DNA of 64,000 bases from a virus (taxonomy: Duplodnaviria > Heunggongvirae > Uroviricota > Caudoviricetes): the IMG/VR virus record IMGVR_UViG_2690316121_000006; one strand, given 5' to 3'. Numbering within the stretch: position 1 is the stretch's first letter; each line of letters starts with the position of its first letter. Positions 22,015 through 31,643 of the stretch are shown piece by piece. The notes under the pieces are model-generated. The model ran no database searches. It was not told the origin of the DNA and saw only the letters and a list, made by a program, of their open reading frames with translations. A program made the translations under genes and the position numbers.

Positions 22015-23211
22015 ATGAGTGATTCCAGCCAGCTTCACAAGGTTGCTCAAAGAGCAAACAGAATGCTCAATGTTCTGACTGAACAAGTACAGTTGCAAAA
22101 GGATGAGCTACACGCGAACGAGTTTTACCAGGTCTATGCGAAAGCGGCACTGGCAAAATTGCCTCTACTGACTCGAGCGAACGTTGACTATGCCGTAAGT
22201 GAAATGGAAGAAAAGGGTTATGTTTTCGATAAACGCCCTGCTGGCTCTTCAATGAAATATGCGATGTCAATTCAGAACATCATTGACATATATGAACATC
22301 GCGGAGTGCCAAAATACCGGGATCGCTACAGCGAAGCGTATGTGATTTTCATCTCCAATCTTAAAGGCGGTGTGTCAAAAACTGTATCGACGGTTTCTCT
22401 GGCGCATGCAATGCGTGCTCACCCTCATCTTCTGATGGAAGATTTAAGGATTCTGGTTATTGACCTTGATCCGCAATCTTCAGCAACGATGTTTTTAAGC
22501 CATAAACACTCTATTGGTATCGTAAACGCAACATCTGCACAGGCTATGTTGCAGAATGTAAGCCGTGAAGAGCTGTTAGAGGAGTTTATTGTTCCTTCTG
22601 TTGTACCTGGGGTTGACGTTATGCCTGCGTCGATTGACGATGCCTTTATTGCATCCGATTGGAGAGAGCTGTGCAATGAGCATCTACCGGGTCAGAACAT
22701 CCATGCAGTCCTGAAAGAAAATGTGATTGATAAGCTGAAGAGCGATTATGACTTTATCCTCGTTGATAGTGGTCCTCACCTTGACGCCTTCCTGAAAAAT
22801 GCTTTGGCCTCGGCCAATATACTGTTTACACCTCTGCCGCCTGCAACGGTTGATTTCCACTCATCGCTTAAATACGTTGCCCGCCTTCCTGAGTTGGTGA
22901 AACTCATTTCGGATGAAGGCTGCGAGTGCCAGCTTGCGACTAACATTGGTTTTATGTCCAAGTTGAGTAACAAGGCAGACCATAAATATTGCCATAGCCT
23001 GGCTAAAGAAGTGTTCGGTGGGGATATGCTTGATGTCGTCCTCCCTCGCCTTGACGGTTTTGAACGCTGCGGCGAGTCTTTTGACACTGTTATTTCAGCT
23101 AACCCGGCAACGTATGTTGGTAGTGCTGATGCATTGAAGAACGCGCGAATTGCCGCGGAAGATTTTGCAAAAGCAGTGTTTGACCGTATTGAATTTATCA
23201 GATCTAACTGA
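22015..23211 (+). CDS. parA: type Ia partition ATPase ParA
   Basis: 398 aa; deviant Walker A ISNLKGGVSKT, N-terminal extension typical of type Ia ParA; adjacent to parB and parS. Confidence 0.9.
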   Translation: MSDSSQLHKVAQRANRMLNVLTEQVQLQKDELHANEFYQVYAKAALAKLPLLTRANVDYAVSEMEEKGYVFDKRPAGSSMKYAMSIQNIIDIYEHRGVPKYRDRYSEAYVIFISNLKGGVSKTVSTVSLAHAMRAHPHLLMEDLRILVIDLDPQSSATMFLSHKHSIGIVNATSAQAMLQNVSREELLEEFIVPSVVPGVDVMPASIDDAFIASDWRELCNEHLPGQNIHAVLKENVIDKLKSDYDFILVDSGPHLDAFLKNALASANILFTPLPPATVDFHSSLKYVARLPELVKLISDEGCECQLATNIGFMSKLSNKADHKYCHSLAKEVFGGDMLDVVLPRLDGFERCGESFDTVISANPATYVGSADALKNARIAAEDFAKAVFDRIEFIRSN

Positions 23212-23227
23212 GGAGTAAGAAACCCCC

Positions 23228-24229
23228 ATGTCAAAGAAAAACAGACCAACAATTGGGCGAACCCTTAATCCTTCAATATTAAGCGGATTTGATAGTTCTT
23301 CAGCCTCTGGCGATCGAGTCGAGCAGGTATTCAAGTTATCAACTGGTCGTCAGGCCACATTTATTGAAGAGGTAATACCTCCGAACCAGGTAGAAAGCGA
23401 TACCTTTGTTGATCAGCATAACAACGGGCGTGACCAGGCATCTCTTACGCCAAAATCATTAAAAAGTATCCGAAGCACTATTAAGCATCAGCAATTTTAC
23501 CCTGCAATAGGTGTTAGACGTGCTACAGGGAAAATTGAAATTTTGGATGGTTCCCGGCGTCGAGCTTCTGCCATCTTAGAGAACGTAGGGTTGCGGGTTT
23601 TAGTCACGGACCAGGAGATCAGCGTCCAGGAAGCGCAAAATTTAGCGAAAGACGTTCAGACAGCATTGCAGCACAGCATTCGAGAAATAGGTCTGCGTTT
23701 GATGCGAATGAAAAATGATGGGATGAGTCAAAAGGATATTGCAGCCAAAGAAGGGCTGTCTCAGGCGAAGGTCACGCGTGCTCTCCAGGCAGCGAGTGCT
23801 CCGGAAGAATTAGTCGCCCTTTTCCCTGTGCAGTCGGAATTAACCTTTTCGGACTACAAAACGCTTTGTGCTGTTGGCGACGAAATGGGGAACAAGAATT
23901 TAGAGTTTGATCAGCTTATTCAAAACATATCCCCGGAAATAAACGACATCTTATCCATTGAAGAAATGGCCGAAGATGAAGTTAAAAATAAAATCCTGCG
24001 CTTGATAACAAAGGAAGCCTCACTACTCACGGATAAAGGTTCTAAAGATAAGTCCGTAGTTACTGAATTATGGAAATTTGAGGACAAGGATCGCTTTGCA
24101 AGGAAGCGCGTGAAAGGCCGTGCATTTTCTTATGAGTTTAATCGACTTTCAAAAGAGCTACAGGAAGAACTCGACAGGATGATTGGGCATATCCTTAGAA
24201 AGAGCCTCGATAAAAAGCCGAAGCCTTAA
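23228..24229 (+). CDS. parB: partition centromere-binding protein ParB
   Basis: 333 aa; GSRRRAS ParB-box-like motif and HTH (QKDIAAKEGLSQAKVTRAL). Confidence 0.85.
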   Translation: MSKKNRPTIGRTLNPSILSGFDSSSASGDRVEQVFKLSTGRQATFIEEVIPPNQVESDTFVDQHNNGRDQASLTPKSLKSIRSTIKHQQFYPAIGVRRATGKIEILDGSRRRASAILENVGLRVLVTDQEISVQEAQNLAKDVQTALQHSIREIGLRLMRMKNDGMSQKDIAAKEGLSQAKVTRALQAASAPEELVALFPVQSELTFSDYKTLCAVGDEMGNKNLEFDQLIQNISPEINDILSIEEMAEDEVKNKILRLITKEASLLTDKGSKDKSVVTELWKFEDKDRFARKRVKGRAFSYEFNRLSKELQEELDRMIGHILRKSLDKKPKP

Positions 24230-24240
24230 ACTTTCGCCAT

Positions 24241-24320
24241 TCAAATTTCACTATTAACCTACTGTTTTTAAAGTAAATTCATCTAAAATTTCAAGGTGAA
24301 ATCGCCACGATTTCACCTTG
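24241..24320. other. partition site parS (centromere)
   Basis: ATTTCAC heptamer boxes and TCGCCA hexamer; perfect 13-bp inverted repeat CAAGGTGAAATCG/CGATTTCACCTTG (24292-24320) and AT-rich IHF-like spacer. Confidence 0.6.
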
Positions 24321-24378
24321 GATTTTACCTTCCTCCCCTACTCCCGAAAAAAATAAAAAAATTGCTTGTCACGAGAAA

Positions 24379-24403
24379 GTCAACAAGTGACTTTCAATAA
24401 AAT
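24379..24403 (+). promoter_or_regulatory. putative late promoter element (GTCAACAAGTGACTTT ... ATAAAAT)
   Basis: Shares the AACAARTGA core with four other sites; contains AAAGTCA-N5-TGACTTT inverted repeat. Confidence 0.35.
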
Positions 24404-24433
24404 CTCTTCCGAAAAGGGATTCACACAAGTGCC

Positions 24434-26161
24434 TTGTGTTTAAGGAAGAGTAAATTGAGTAACTTACGCGAATACCAGAATCGTATTGCAGATATCGCAA
24501 AACGCTCTAAAGCTGTGCTTGGCTGGGCAAGCACTGCGCAGTTCGGTACTGATAACCAATTCATTAAAGATGATGCCGCGCGTGCCGCATCTATCCTTGA
24601 AGCTGCACGTAAAGACCCGGTTTTTGCGGGTATCTCTGATAATGCCACCGCTCAAATCGCTACAGCGTGGGCAAGTGCACTGGCTGACTACGCCGCAGCA
24701 CATAAATCTATGCCGCGTCCGGAAATTCTGGCCTCCTGCCACCAGACGCTGGAAAACTGCCTGATTGAGTCCACCCGCAATAGCATGGATGCCACTAATA
24801 AAGCGATGCTGGAATCCGTCGCAGCAGAGATGATGAGCGTTTCTGACGGTGTTATGCGTCTGCCTTTATTCCTCGCGATGATCCTGCCTGTTCAGTTGGG
24901 GGCAGCTACCGCTGATGCGTGTACCTTCATTCCGGTTACGCGTGACCAGTCCGACATCTATGAAGTCTTTAACGTGGCAGGTTCCTCTTTTGGTTCTTAT
25001 GCTGCTGGTGATGTTCTGGACATGCAATCCGTCGGTGTGTACAGCCAGTTACGCCGCCGCTATGTGCTGGTGGCAAGCTCCGATGGCACCAGCAAAACCG
25101 CAACCTTCAAGATGGAAGACTTCGAAGGCCAGAATGTACCAATCCGAAAAGGTCGCACTAATATCTACGTTAACCGTATTAAGTCTGTTGTTGATAACGG
25201 TTCCGGCAGCCTACTTCACTCGTTTACTAATGCAGCTGGTGAGCAAATCACTGTTACCTGCTCTCTGAACTACAACATTGGTCAGATTGCCCTGTCGTTC
25301 TCCAAAGCGCCGGATAAAGGCACTGAGATCGCAATTGAGACGGAAATCAATATTGAAGCCGCTCCTGAGCTGATCCCGCTGATCAACCACGAAATGAAGA
25401 AATACACCCTGTTCCCAAGCCAGTTCGTTATCGCGGCTGAGCACACGGTACAGGCGGCGTATGAAGCACAGCGTGAATTTGGTCTGGACCTGGGTTCCCT
25501 ACAGTTCCGCACCCTGAAGGAATACCTGTCTCATGAACAGGATATGCTGCGTCTTCGCATCATGATCTGGCGTACTCTTGCGACCGACACCTTTGACATC
25601 GCTCTGCCGGTTAACCAGTCCTTTGATGTATGGGCAACCATCATTCGTGGCAAATTCCAGACTGTATATCGCGACATTATTGAGCGCGTTAAATCTTCTG
25701 GTGCGATGGGGATGTTTGCTGGTGCTGATGCAGCATCTTTCTTCAAACAGTTGCCGAAGGATTTCTTCCAGCCAGCCGAAGACTATATCCAGACTCCGTA
25801 TGTTCACTACATCGGTACCCTGTTCGGTAACGTGAAAGTGTACGAAGTACCTGCTGGTATTTGTAAGAACTTAACGACAGAGAACATTCAGTTCAGCTCG
25901 ATGGATGTGCTGTGCTACGTCCGTGATGAAAATCCGGGTAAAGCAGGCTTCGTGACTGGTGATGCTGTCCCGGCCATCCCGTTCCAGCATCCGACCACTC
26001 CGGCGCTGGTCAACCGTACCACGCTGTGGGGTTCGGCTATCAACGATATGCACCCACGCAACGGCGCTGATTACTTCACTCGTGTAACGCTGACAATGGC
26101 CAAAAAAGGCGGGCTTAACTTCATAAGCGGCGACACGATTGATGCCGGTGACTCTGAGTAA
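24434..26161 (+). CDS. late virion structural protein (sheath or capsid candidate)
   Basis: 575-aa ORF after the late-promoter-like motif; ORF track starts at TTG 24434, an alternative TTG at 24455 has a better RBS. Confidence 0.5.
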   Translation: MCLRKSKLSNLREYQNRIADIAKRSKAVLGWASTAQFGTDNQFIKDDAARAASILEAARKDPVFAGISDNATAQIATAWASALADYAAAHKSMPRPEILASCHQTLENCLIESTRNSMDATNKAMLESVAAEMMSVSDGVMRLPLFLAMILPVQLGAATADACTFIPVTRDQSDIYEVFNVAGSSFGSYAAGDVLDMQSVGVYSQLRRRYVLVASSDGTSKTATFKMEDFEGQNVPIRKGRTNIYVNRIKSVVDNGSGSLLHSFTNAAGEQITVTCSLNYNIGQIALSFSKAPDKGTEIAIETEINIEAAPELIPLINHEMKKYTLFPSQFVIAAEHTVQAAYEAQREFGLDLGSLQFRTLKEYLSHEQDMLRLRIMIWRTLATDTFDIALPVNQSFDVWATIIRGKFQTVYRDIIERVKSSGAMGMFAGADAASFFKQLPKDFFQPAEDYIQTPYVHYIGTLFGNVKVYEVPAGICKNLTTENIQFSSMDVLCYVRDENPGKAGFVTGDAVPAIPFQHPTTPALVNRTTLWGSAINDMHPRNGADYFTRVTLTMAKKGGLNFISGDTIDAGDSE

Positions 26162-26221
26162 TCAGGGGAAGTTCTCCGTTTAACATAGCGCCCCCGTGCG
26201 GGGCGCATAACAGGGAAAGTT

Positions 26222-27811
26222 ATGTCTCAATATTCAATTCAACAGTCATTAGGTAATGCATCCGGCGTCGCGGTTAGCCCGATCAATGCCGATGCGACGT
26301 TATCTACCGGTGTTGCATTAAATAGCAGCTTGTGGGCTGGTATTGGCGTATTTGCGCGTGGCAAGCCGTTTACTGTTCTTGCGGTTACTGAGTCCAATTA
26401 CGAAGATGTTCTCGGCGAACCGCTGAAGCCGTCTTCCGGCTCACAGTTCGAACCAATTCGCCATGTATACGAAGCTATTCAGCAAACGTCTGGTTATGTT
26501 GTCCGTGCTGTTCCGGATGATGCGAAGTTCCCGATTATTATGTTCGATGAATCAGGCGAACCGGCTTACAGTGCGTTGCCATACGGTTCTGAAATTGAAC
26601 TTGATAGCGGCGAAGCCTTTGCTATCTACGTTGATGATGGTGATCCGTGTATTTCACCTACCCGTGAGTTAACCATCGAAACGGCAACAGCGGACAGCGC
26701 GGGTAATGAACGCTTCCTCTTAAAACTGACCCAGACGACTTCGCTCGGTGTGGTAACGACCCTGGAGACACACACTGTGTCTTTGGCGGAAGAAGCGAAA
26801 GATGACATGGGCCGCTTGTGTTATCTGCCTACTGCTCTGGAAGCCCGTTCTAAATATCTGCGCGCGGTTGTTAATGAAGAGCTGATTTCGACAGCGAAAG
26901 TAACAAACAAAAAATCGTTGGCGTTCACCGGTGGTACCAACGGTGATCAATCGAAAATCTCAACTGCTGCGTACCTGCGTGCGGTGAAAGTGCTGAACAA
27001 TGCCCCGTACATGTACACCGCTGTTCTCGGCCTGGGGTGCTATGACAATGCGGCGATCACCGCGTTAGGTAATATCTGTTCTGATCGCCTGATTGATGGC
27101 TTCTTTGATGTTAAACCGACATTGACGTACACGGAAGCGCTGTCTGCTGTTGAAGATACCGGTTTACTTGGTACCGATTATGTAAGCTGTTCTGTCTATC
27201 ACTACCCGTTCTCCTGCAAAGACAAATGGACCCAATCCCGTGTGGTCTTTGGTCTGTCTGGCGTGGCGTACGCGGCGAAAGCTCGTGGCGTCAAGAAAAA
27301 CTCTGATGTCGGCGGTTGGCATTACTCACCGGCTGGTGAAGAACGTGCCGTCATTGCTCGTGCGTCAATTCAACCGCTGTATCCGGAAGATACCCCGGAC
27401 GAAGAAGCAATGGTCAAGGGCCGTCTCAATAAAGTATCTGTGGGCACCTCTGGCCAGATGATCATCGACGATGCTTTAACTTGCTGCACGCAGGATAACT
27501 ATCTGCACTTCCAGCACGTCCCATCCCTGATGAATGCAATCAGCCGTTTCTTTGTCCAGTTAGCCCGACAGATGAAGCATAGCCCGGACGGTATTACTGC
27601 GGCTGGCCTGACTAAAGGGATGACCAAACTTTTAGATCGCTTTGTCGCCTCCGGCGCTCTGGTGGCTCCTCGTGATCCTGATGCTGACGGTACAGAACCG
27701 TATGTGCTGAAAGTTACGCAGGCGGAATTCGATAAATGGGAAGTAGTCTGGGCCTGCTGCCCGACTGGCGTAGCCCGTCGTATCCAGGGCGTACCGCTGC
27801 TTATTAAGTAA
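26222..27811 (+). CDS. late virion structural protein
   Basis: 529-aa ORF in the same late operon. Confidence 0.5.
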   Translation: MSQYSIQQSLGNASGVAVSPINADATLSTGVALNSSLWAGIGVFARGKPFTVLAVTESNYEDVLGEPLKPSSGSQFEPIRHVYEAIQQTSGYVVRAVPDDAKFPIIMFDESGEPAYSALPYGSEIELDSGEAFAIYVDDGDPCISPTRELTIETATADSAGNERFLLKLTQTTSLGVVTTLETHTVSLAEEAKDDMGRLCYLPTALEARSKYLRAVVNEELISTAKVTNKKSLAFTGGTNGDQSKISTAAYLRAVKVLNNAPYMYTAVLGLGCYDNAAITALGNICSDRLIDGFFDVKPTLTYTEALSAVEDTGLLGTDYVSCSVYHYPFSCKDKWTQSRVVFGLSGVAYAAKARGVKKNSDVGGWHYSPAGEERAVIARASIQPLYPEDTPDEEAMVKGRLNKVSVGTSGQMIIDDALTCCTQDNYLHFQHVPSLMNAISRFFVQLARQMKHSPDGITAAGLTKGMTKLLDRFVASGALVAPRDPDADGTEPYVLKVTQAEFDKWEVVWACCPTGVARRIQGVPLLIK

Positions 27812-27820
27812 GGGAATACA

Positions 27821-28636
27821 ATGAGCAAAAACTTTTTTCAATCCGGGGCATTTTTGGGGAATGGACTGTCTCGTTTCGCTTTGAACTCTGATCCTGTGCA
27901 GCTGATGGAGTCTGCCCGAGCAAGCGCCGAACCGCCAACAGATCCGGTTATTAATAATAATCCGGAACCGGCGGCACAGACTAACGATAACGTTCCATCT
28001 GCCCCGGCTCCTGAGCAAATCCTGGAAGGGAAAGACGGTAAAGAATGGACCGTCGAACAGGCGCACCAGATGATTCTGGAAGCTGCAAATCGAAGTGCTA
28101 TGCAAAATGCGTTGAGTGATGCGGCCGACGCCGTTTTCGCCTGGGCTGATAGCGGTGATCTGACTTTCGACTCCCTTGATGGTTTCGTTCAGGCTATCGC
28201 TGGTATCTCTGATGACGACGACTCCGAAGTTACAGAAGAACAGGACGATGCCTATAACGAAGCATGGGCAAATGTTGCTGACTTCCTCGCAGCATGCGGT
28301 GTAGATGATGACCTGATCGAAGCACTGGCTGACGATGAAGACGACGACGCAGCTGCTGATGTTGGTGCCTCTATCGCTGGTTTAGATAGCGACGACCGTG
28401 ATGAACTGGAAGCGGCGTTTGTTGTTGCTGGCACTTCTGATGAAATGCTGACTGAAGCATTTAAGAAGGTTGTTCGTAATGGTGAGATCAAACTCATCCG
28501 TAAACGCCTGCGTAAAAAACGTCTGACTGCGGCTCAAAAATCGGCGCTGAAAAAAGCGCGTCGAAAAGCCCAGACCGGCGCGGCAAAACTTGCCCGCAAA
28601 AAGTCAATGAAACTGCGCCGTAAGCGCCTTGGCTAA
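27821..28636 (+). CDS. bipolar-charge protein (acidic body, Lys/Arg-rich tail)
   Basis: 271 aa; acidic D/E-rich centre, then a C-terminal 50 aa that are about half K/R. Confidence 0.5.
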   Translation: MSKNFFQSGAFLGNGLSRFALNSDPVQLMESARASAEPPTDPVINNNPEPAAQTNDNVPSAPAPEQILEGKDGKEWTVEQAHQMILEAANRSAMQNALSDAADAVFAWADSGDLTFDSLDGFVQAIAGISDDDDSEVTEEQDDAYNEAWANVADFLAACGVDDDLIEALADDEDDDAAADVGASIAGLDSDDRDELEAAFVVAGTSDEMLTEAFKKVVRNGEIKLIRKRLRKKRLTAAQKSALKKARRKAQTGAAKLARKKSMKLRRKRLG

Positions 28637-28671
28637 AGGAGGAGGCCGGAGAACTCCGGCCTTTAACTTGA

Positions 28672-29253
28672 ATGGCACCTATTCCTTATGGGGTTTACAG
28701 CCAGGCTGACGGTGTATCGCCATTTCTGAAAGTTACTTTAACGAACTCTCAGTACCAGGTTACCGGATATATCAGCCAGGGAGCGGCAATGAACATGGCC
28801 CAGAATTGGGAAGCGCCGTTTACCGGTATGTCCATGGGATCTGTTTCTGGTGCTCTGGGTGGTTTTGTGCAAGTAGGTACTGAAACAACGTCGGTTGCCC
28901 GTTGGAATAGCTTAATGGTTTGGGAAGGGGGGACACCGCCGACGTTCACGCTGCCCGTAACTTTCATTGCTTTGAACAATCCATTCATTGAAGTTTCAGG
29001 CGCTATCGCCGCGTTGACAGCCATGATTAGCCCGGAACTAAAAGCGGCCAATGTTGGTGGTCGAATCCCGGAGCGTGTGACGCTAAACATTGGTCGCCGG
29101 ATCAACATCACCGATGTCGCTATCCAGGACTTAAGTTTTGATCTCGATGCGCCAAGGGACAGTAATGGATATTTCCTGAAGAACACCGTCAACCTCCAGT
29201 TGACCGGTTCTTCGATATATAACAGCTCCGATATTGTTCGGGCGTTCCAGTAA
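28672..29253 (+). CDS. late structural protein (tail tube candidate)
   Basis: 193-aa ORF; a GC hairpin sits in the upstream gap. Confidence 0.45.
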   Translation: MAPIPYGVYSQADGVSPFLKVTLTNSQYQVTGYISQGAAMNMAQNWEAPFTGMSMGSVSGALGGFVQVGTETTSVARWNSLMVWEGGTPPTFTLPVTFIALNNPFIEVSGAIAALTAMISPELKAANVGGRIPERVTLNIGRRINITDVAIQDLSFDLDAPRDSNGYFLKNTVNLQLTGSSIYNSSDIVRAFQ

Positions 29254-29264
29254 AAGGATTTTAT

Positions 29265-29774
29265 ATGGGGCACAATAACACTAAGGGAAACCGTAAATTT
29301 ATTAAGGGCCGCTATACTGCCAACGCGGCCAAAGGCGAACGACTGGTATCTTCTGAATTCCAGCTCACTTTTGCAGGCTATGAAGATATCAGTGTACTGG
29401 TTCGTACGTCGCAAATCCCTGAAATGACTCGCGAGGATGTGGAGGACTATGGTCCGAATGGTGTGAAGTTCAACCAGCACGGACCAATTCGAAACTCTGG
29501 GGAAATCCAGGTCCAGTGCGTGGAGACTATCGAAGGCGATATTCTTCAGTTCATTAAGGATCGCATTGCGGCGAAGGACTATGTTGATATCACGATGGCT
29601 GCTACCCCTGAATCCAAATCTTCCGGGGTTAACGCTGTGACAAAAGCTGCTACAACAATTGAAATGTTGGACTGCAAAATCTACAGTGATGCAATCGACT
29701 TTAGTACCGAAGATGTGACTGCCGCTGTGCGCCCGTCACTTCGTATCGTCTACAACTGGATTGAGTGGGATTAA
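29265..29774 (+). CDS. late structural protein
   Basis: 169-aa ORF, last of the operon before a strong terminator. Confidence 0.45.
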   Translation: MGHNNTKGNRKFIKGRYTANAAKGERLVSSEFQLTFAGYEDISVLVRTSQIPEMTREDVEDYGPNGVKFNQHGPIRNSGEIQVQCVETIEGDILQFIKDRIAAKDYVDITMAATPESKSSGVNAVTKAATTIEMLDCKIYSDAIDFSTEDVTAAVRPSLRIVYNWIEWD

Positions 29775-29793
29775 GAGTCATCCCTTGTATTTT

Positions 29794-29818
29794 AAAGCTC
29801 CTTCGGGAGCTTTTTTTA
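29794..29818 (+). terminator. intrinsic terminator
   Basis: AAAGCTCC-TTCG-GGAGCTTT followed by TTTTT. Confidence 0.65.
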
Positions 29819-29909
29819 TAACCTTTTTATATAAAAATGCATCGATAACATTGTCTGGAGTTTTATGTTAGATTATTAATGTTCTAATAAACTACAATTA
29901 TTGAGGTAG

Positions 29910-30542
29910 ATGTTTGTGCCTGTACTGTTAAAGGGGGACTCTAAAATGGCTGTGATTCCAATGTCGTACTCCCCGGGTACTGTCGCTCGTCGATTTTCGA
30001 TCCTGGACGGAGTTACCATCCAGGGTGTGCTTTACCAGGTTATATGGGATTCCAAAACCCCATTTGCTGCCGTAATAGAGGCTGCTCCTTCTGTTATCGA
30101 TGGTGATATGCGCCATAAGGTTGTCGCTACTCTTGAACTTCAACGTCGCCCACAGCTTGAAGGCGTACTGGTGAGGAAGTTCTGGGAAGATAACGATGTT
30201 GCCCAGATTGAAGGTATCGTGGTTGATGGAATCGTCCGGGATGTCGGTTTAGCCACTTTTGTTTATGAAACCGTAGCTTCAAAAGCCGGAGTTGTTTTGC
30301 TAAGTGACAATGAGCAATACGAAGGCGGAAAGGCTCTTTGGCAGCACATCGCTCGTCGTTCTTCTGAACTAAAAGTTTTTATCCTGGACACCGATACTGC
30401 TCAGTATTACCCATTTGATGGCGAACGTGTTTGCTATGACGGGAAAAGTATTCCTGAATCCGAGATATGGAGTGAACATCCGGATCGAAGTAAGCATGGG
30501 GTTGTTCTTGTCGCAGAATCCATAACTGGAAAGGCGGCATAG
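29910..30542 (+). CDS. hypothetical protein
   Basis: 210-aa ORF flanked by AT-rich non-coding sequence. Confidence 0.45.
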   Translation: MFVPVLLKGDSKMAVIPMSYSPGTVARRFSILDGVTIQGVLYQVIWDSKTPFAAVIEAAPSVIDGDMRHKVVATLELQRRPQLEGVLVRKFWEDNDVAQIEGIVVDGIVRDVGLATFVYETVASKAGVVLLSDNEQYEGGKALWQHIARRSSELKVFILDTDTAQYYPFDGERVCYDGKSIPESEIWSEHPDRSKHGVVLVAESITGKAA

Positions 30543-30721
30543 CAGTAAAAAATTCCTTGCTCCTTGACAGAGGAGAGGATTAATCTAAGTACGCTAAGCA
30601 TAGGTATGGCCCCGGTTAATGTTAAGCGTTGTGCGGGACGCATAATGTTTACTGGGGCTTTCTTTTATCTATTTTGGGATAATCCTGAATTCCGTAGTAT
30701 TTGGCATCGGCTGCGGCTACA

Positions 30722-30973
30722 TCAGCGTTTGACTCTATTTCTATAGAAATCACCTGGAAGGGTGAATACCCACATCAGAAGAAACGTTGCAGCAAACATG
30801 ATCCCTAATGGCCAGAATATGCCAAAAAAAATCATTATCCAAAAACGATCCCACCAGGCCATTTCTGCATTAGCTCGCAAAATATATCGACTTAATGCGT
30901 ATATCAGCCCACCGATTAGTATATAGATGGGAATAGATACCAGGATAGTCATAGCGTTAGTCTCAATGAGCAT
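30722..30973 (-). CDS. small integral membrane protein
   Basis: 83 aa with two or three hydrophobic helices; downstream of the Ail/Lom-like gene. Confidence 0.4.
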   Translation of the reverse strand: MLIETNAMTILVSIPIYILIGGLIYALSRYILRANAEMAWWDRFWIMIFFGIFWPLGIMFAATFLLMWVFTLPGDFYRNRVKR

Positions 30974-31032
30974 AACGAATATCGCCAGAGCAATGTATAA
31001 ATCCCTCTGCGCCGGGCAGAGGGACTAAATAG

Positions 31033-31548
31033 TTAAAATCGGTAACCGACACCAAGCATCCAAATGCTATTGCTTAGATCACCTGGTTTAGAACGTTCAT
31101 ACGAGAGATCAACTGCAAACTGCGGAGCTGGGTTAAATTGAAGCCCAAGTCCATAAGCAAAATCGGTTCCAAAGCCAGCATATGACTGTCCATTCAGTTT
31201 TGCTGTTGCATCCGCATGGCTTAAACCCACCAAACCGTATGCACTCAGCAATTCATTGAATCTGTATGATGGACCAAAAGTAAATGAGGCATACTCAACC
31301 TTGGCTTTGGCGGCATTCCATAGGTTTGTGTTTGACTTTTCGTAAGTGAGCGAAGCTAATCCACCCCACGTAGGATCCATTTCGTAGCGATATTTAATAT
31401 TCACGCCTTTTGGATCTTTTATATCTCCGCCTTTAATCGTTGCGCTTCCTTGGGCAAAGTCTAAAGAAAGAGTGTGCTGATATGCGGAGGCAGTCCCAGC
31501 AACCCCCAAGGCACATGCCAGAAGGGCCGTTAAAACTACTTTTTTCAT
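31033..31548 (-). CDS. Ail/Lom/PagC-family outer-membrane beta-barrel protein
   Basis: 171 aa; signal peptide, NIKYRYE, GLQFNP...DLSYE and C-terminal LGVGYRF, collinear with lambda Lom as recalled. Confidence 0.85.
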   Translation of the reverse strand: MKKVVLTALLACALGVAGTASAYQHTLSLDFAQGSATIKGGDIKDPKGVNIKYRYEMDPTWGGLASLTYEKSNTNLWNAAKAKVEYASFTFGPSYRFNELLSAYGLVGLSHADATAKLNGQSYAGFGTDFAYGLGLQFNPAPQFAVDLSYERSKPGDLSNSIWMLGVGYRF

Positions 31549-31643
31549 GGAAAAAGTTACCTATAAAAACGTTAAAAATAATACTGGTGACAAAATAGTG
31601 TGTATTGAGCGTTAAATACACGTAAAGATTCTATCATTCGCGA

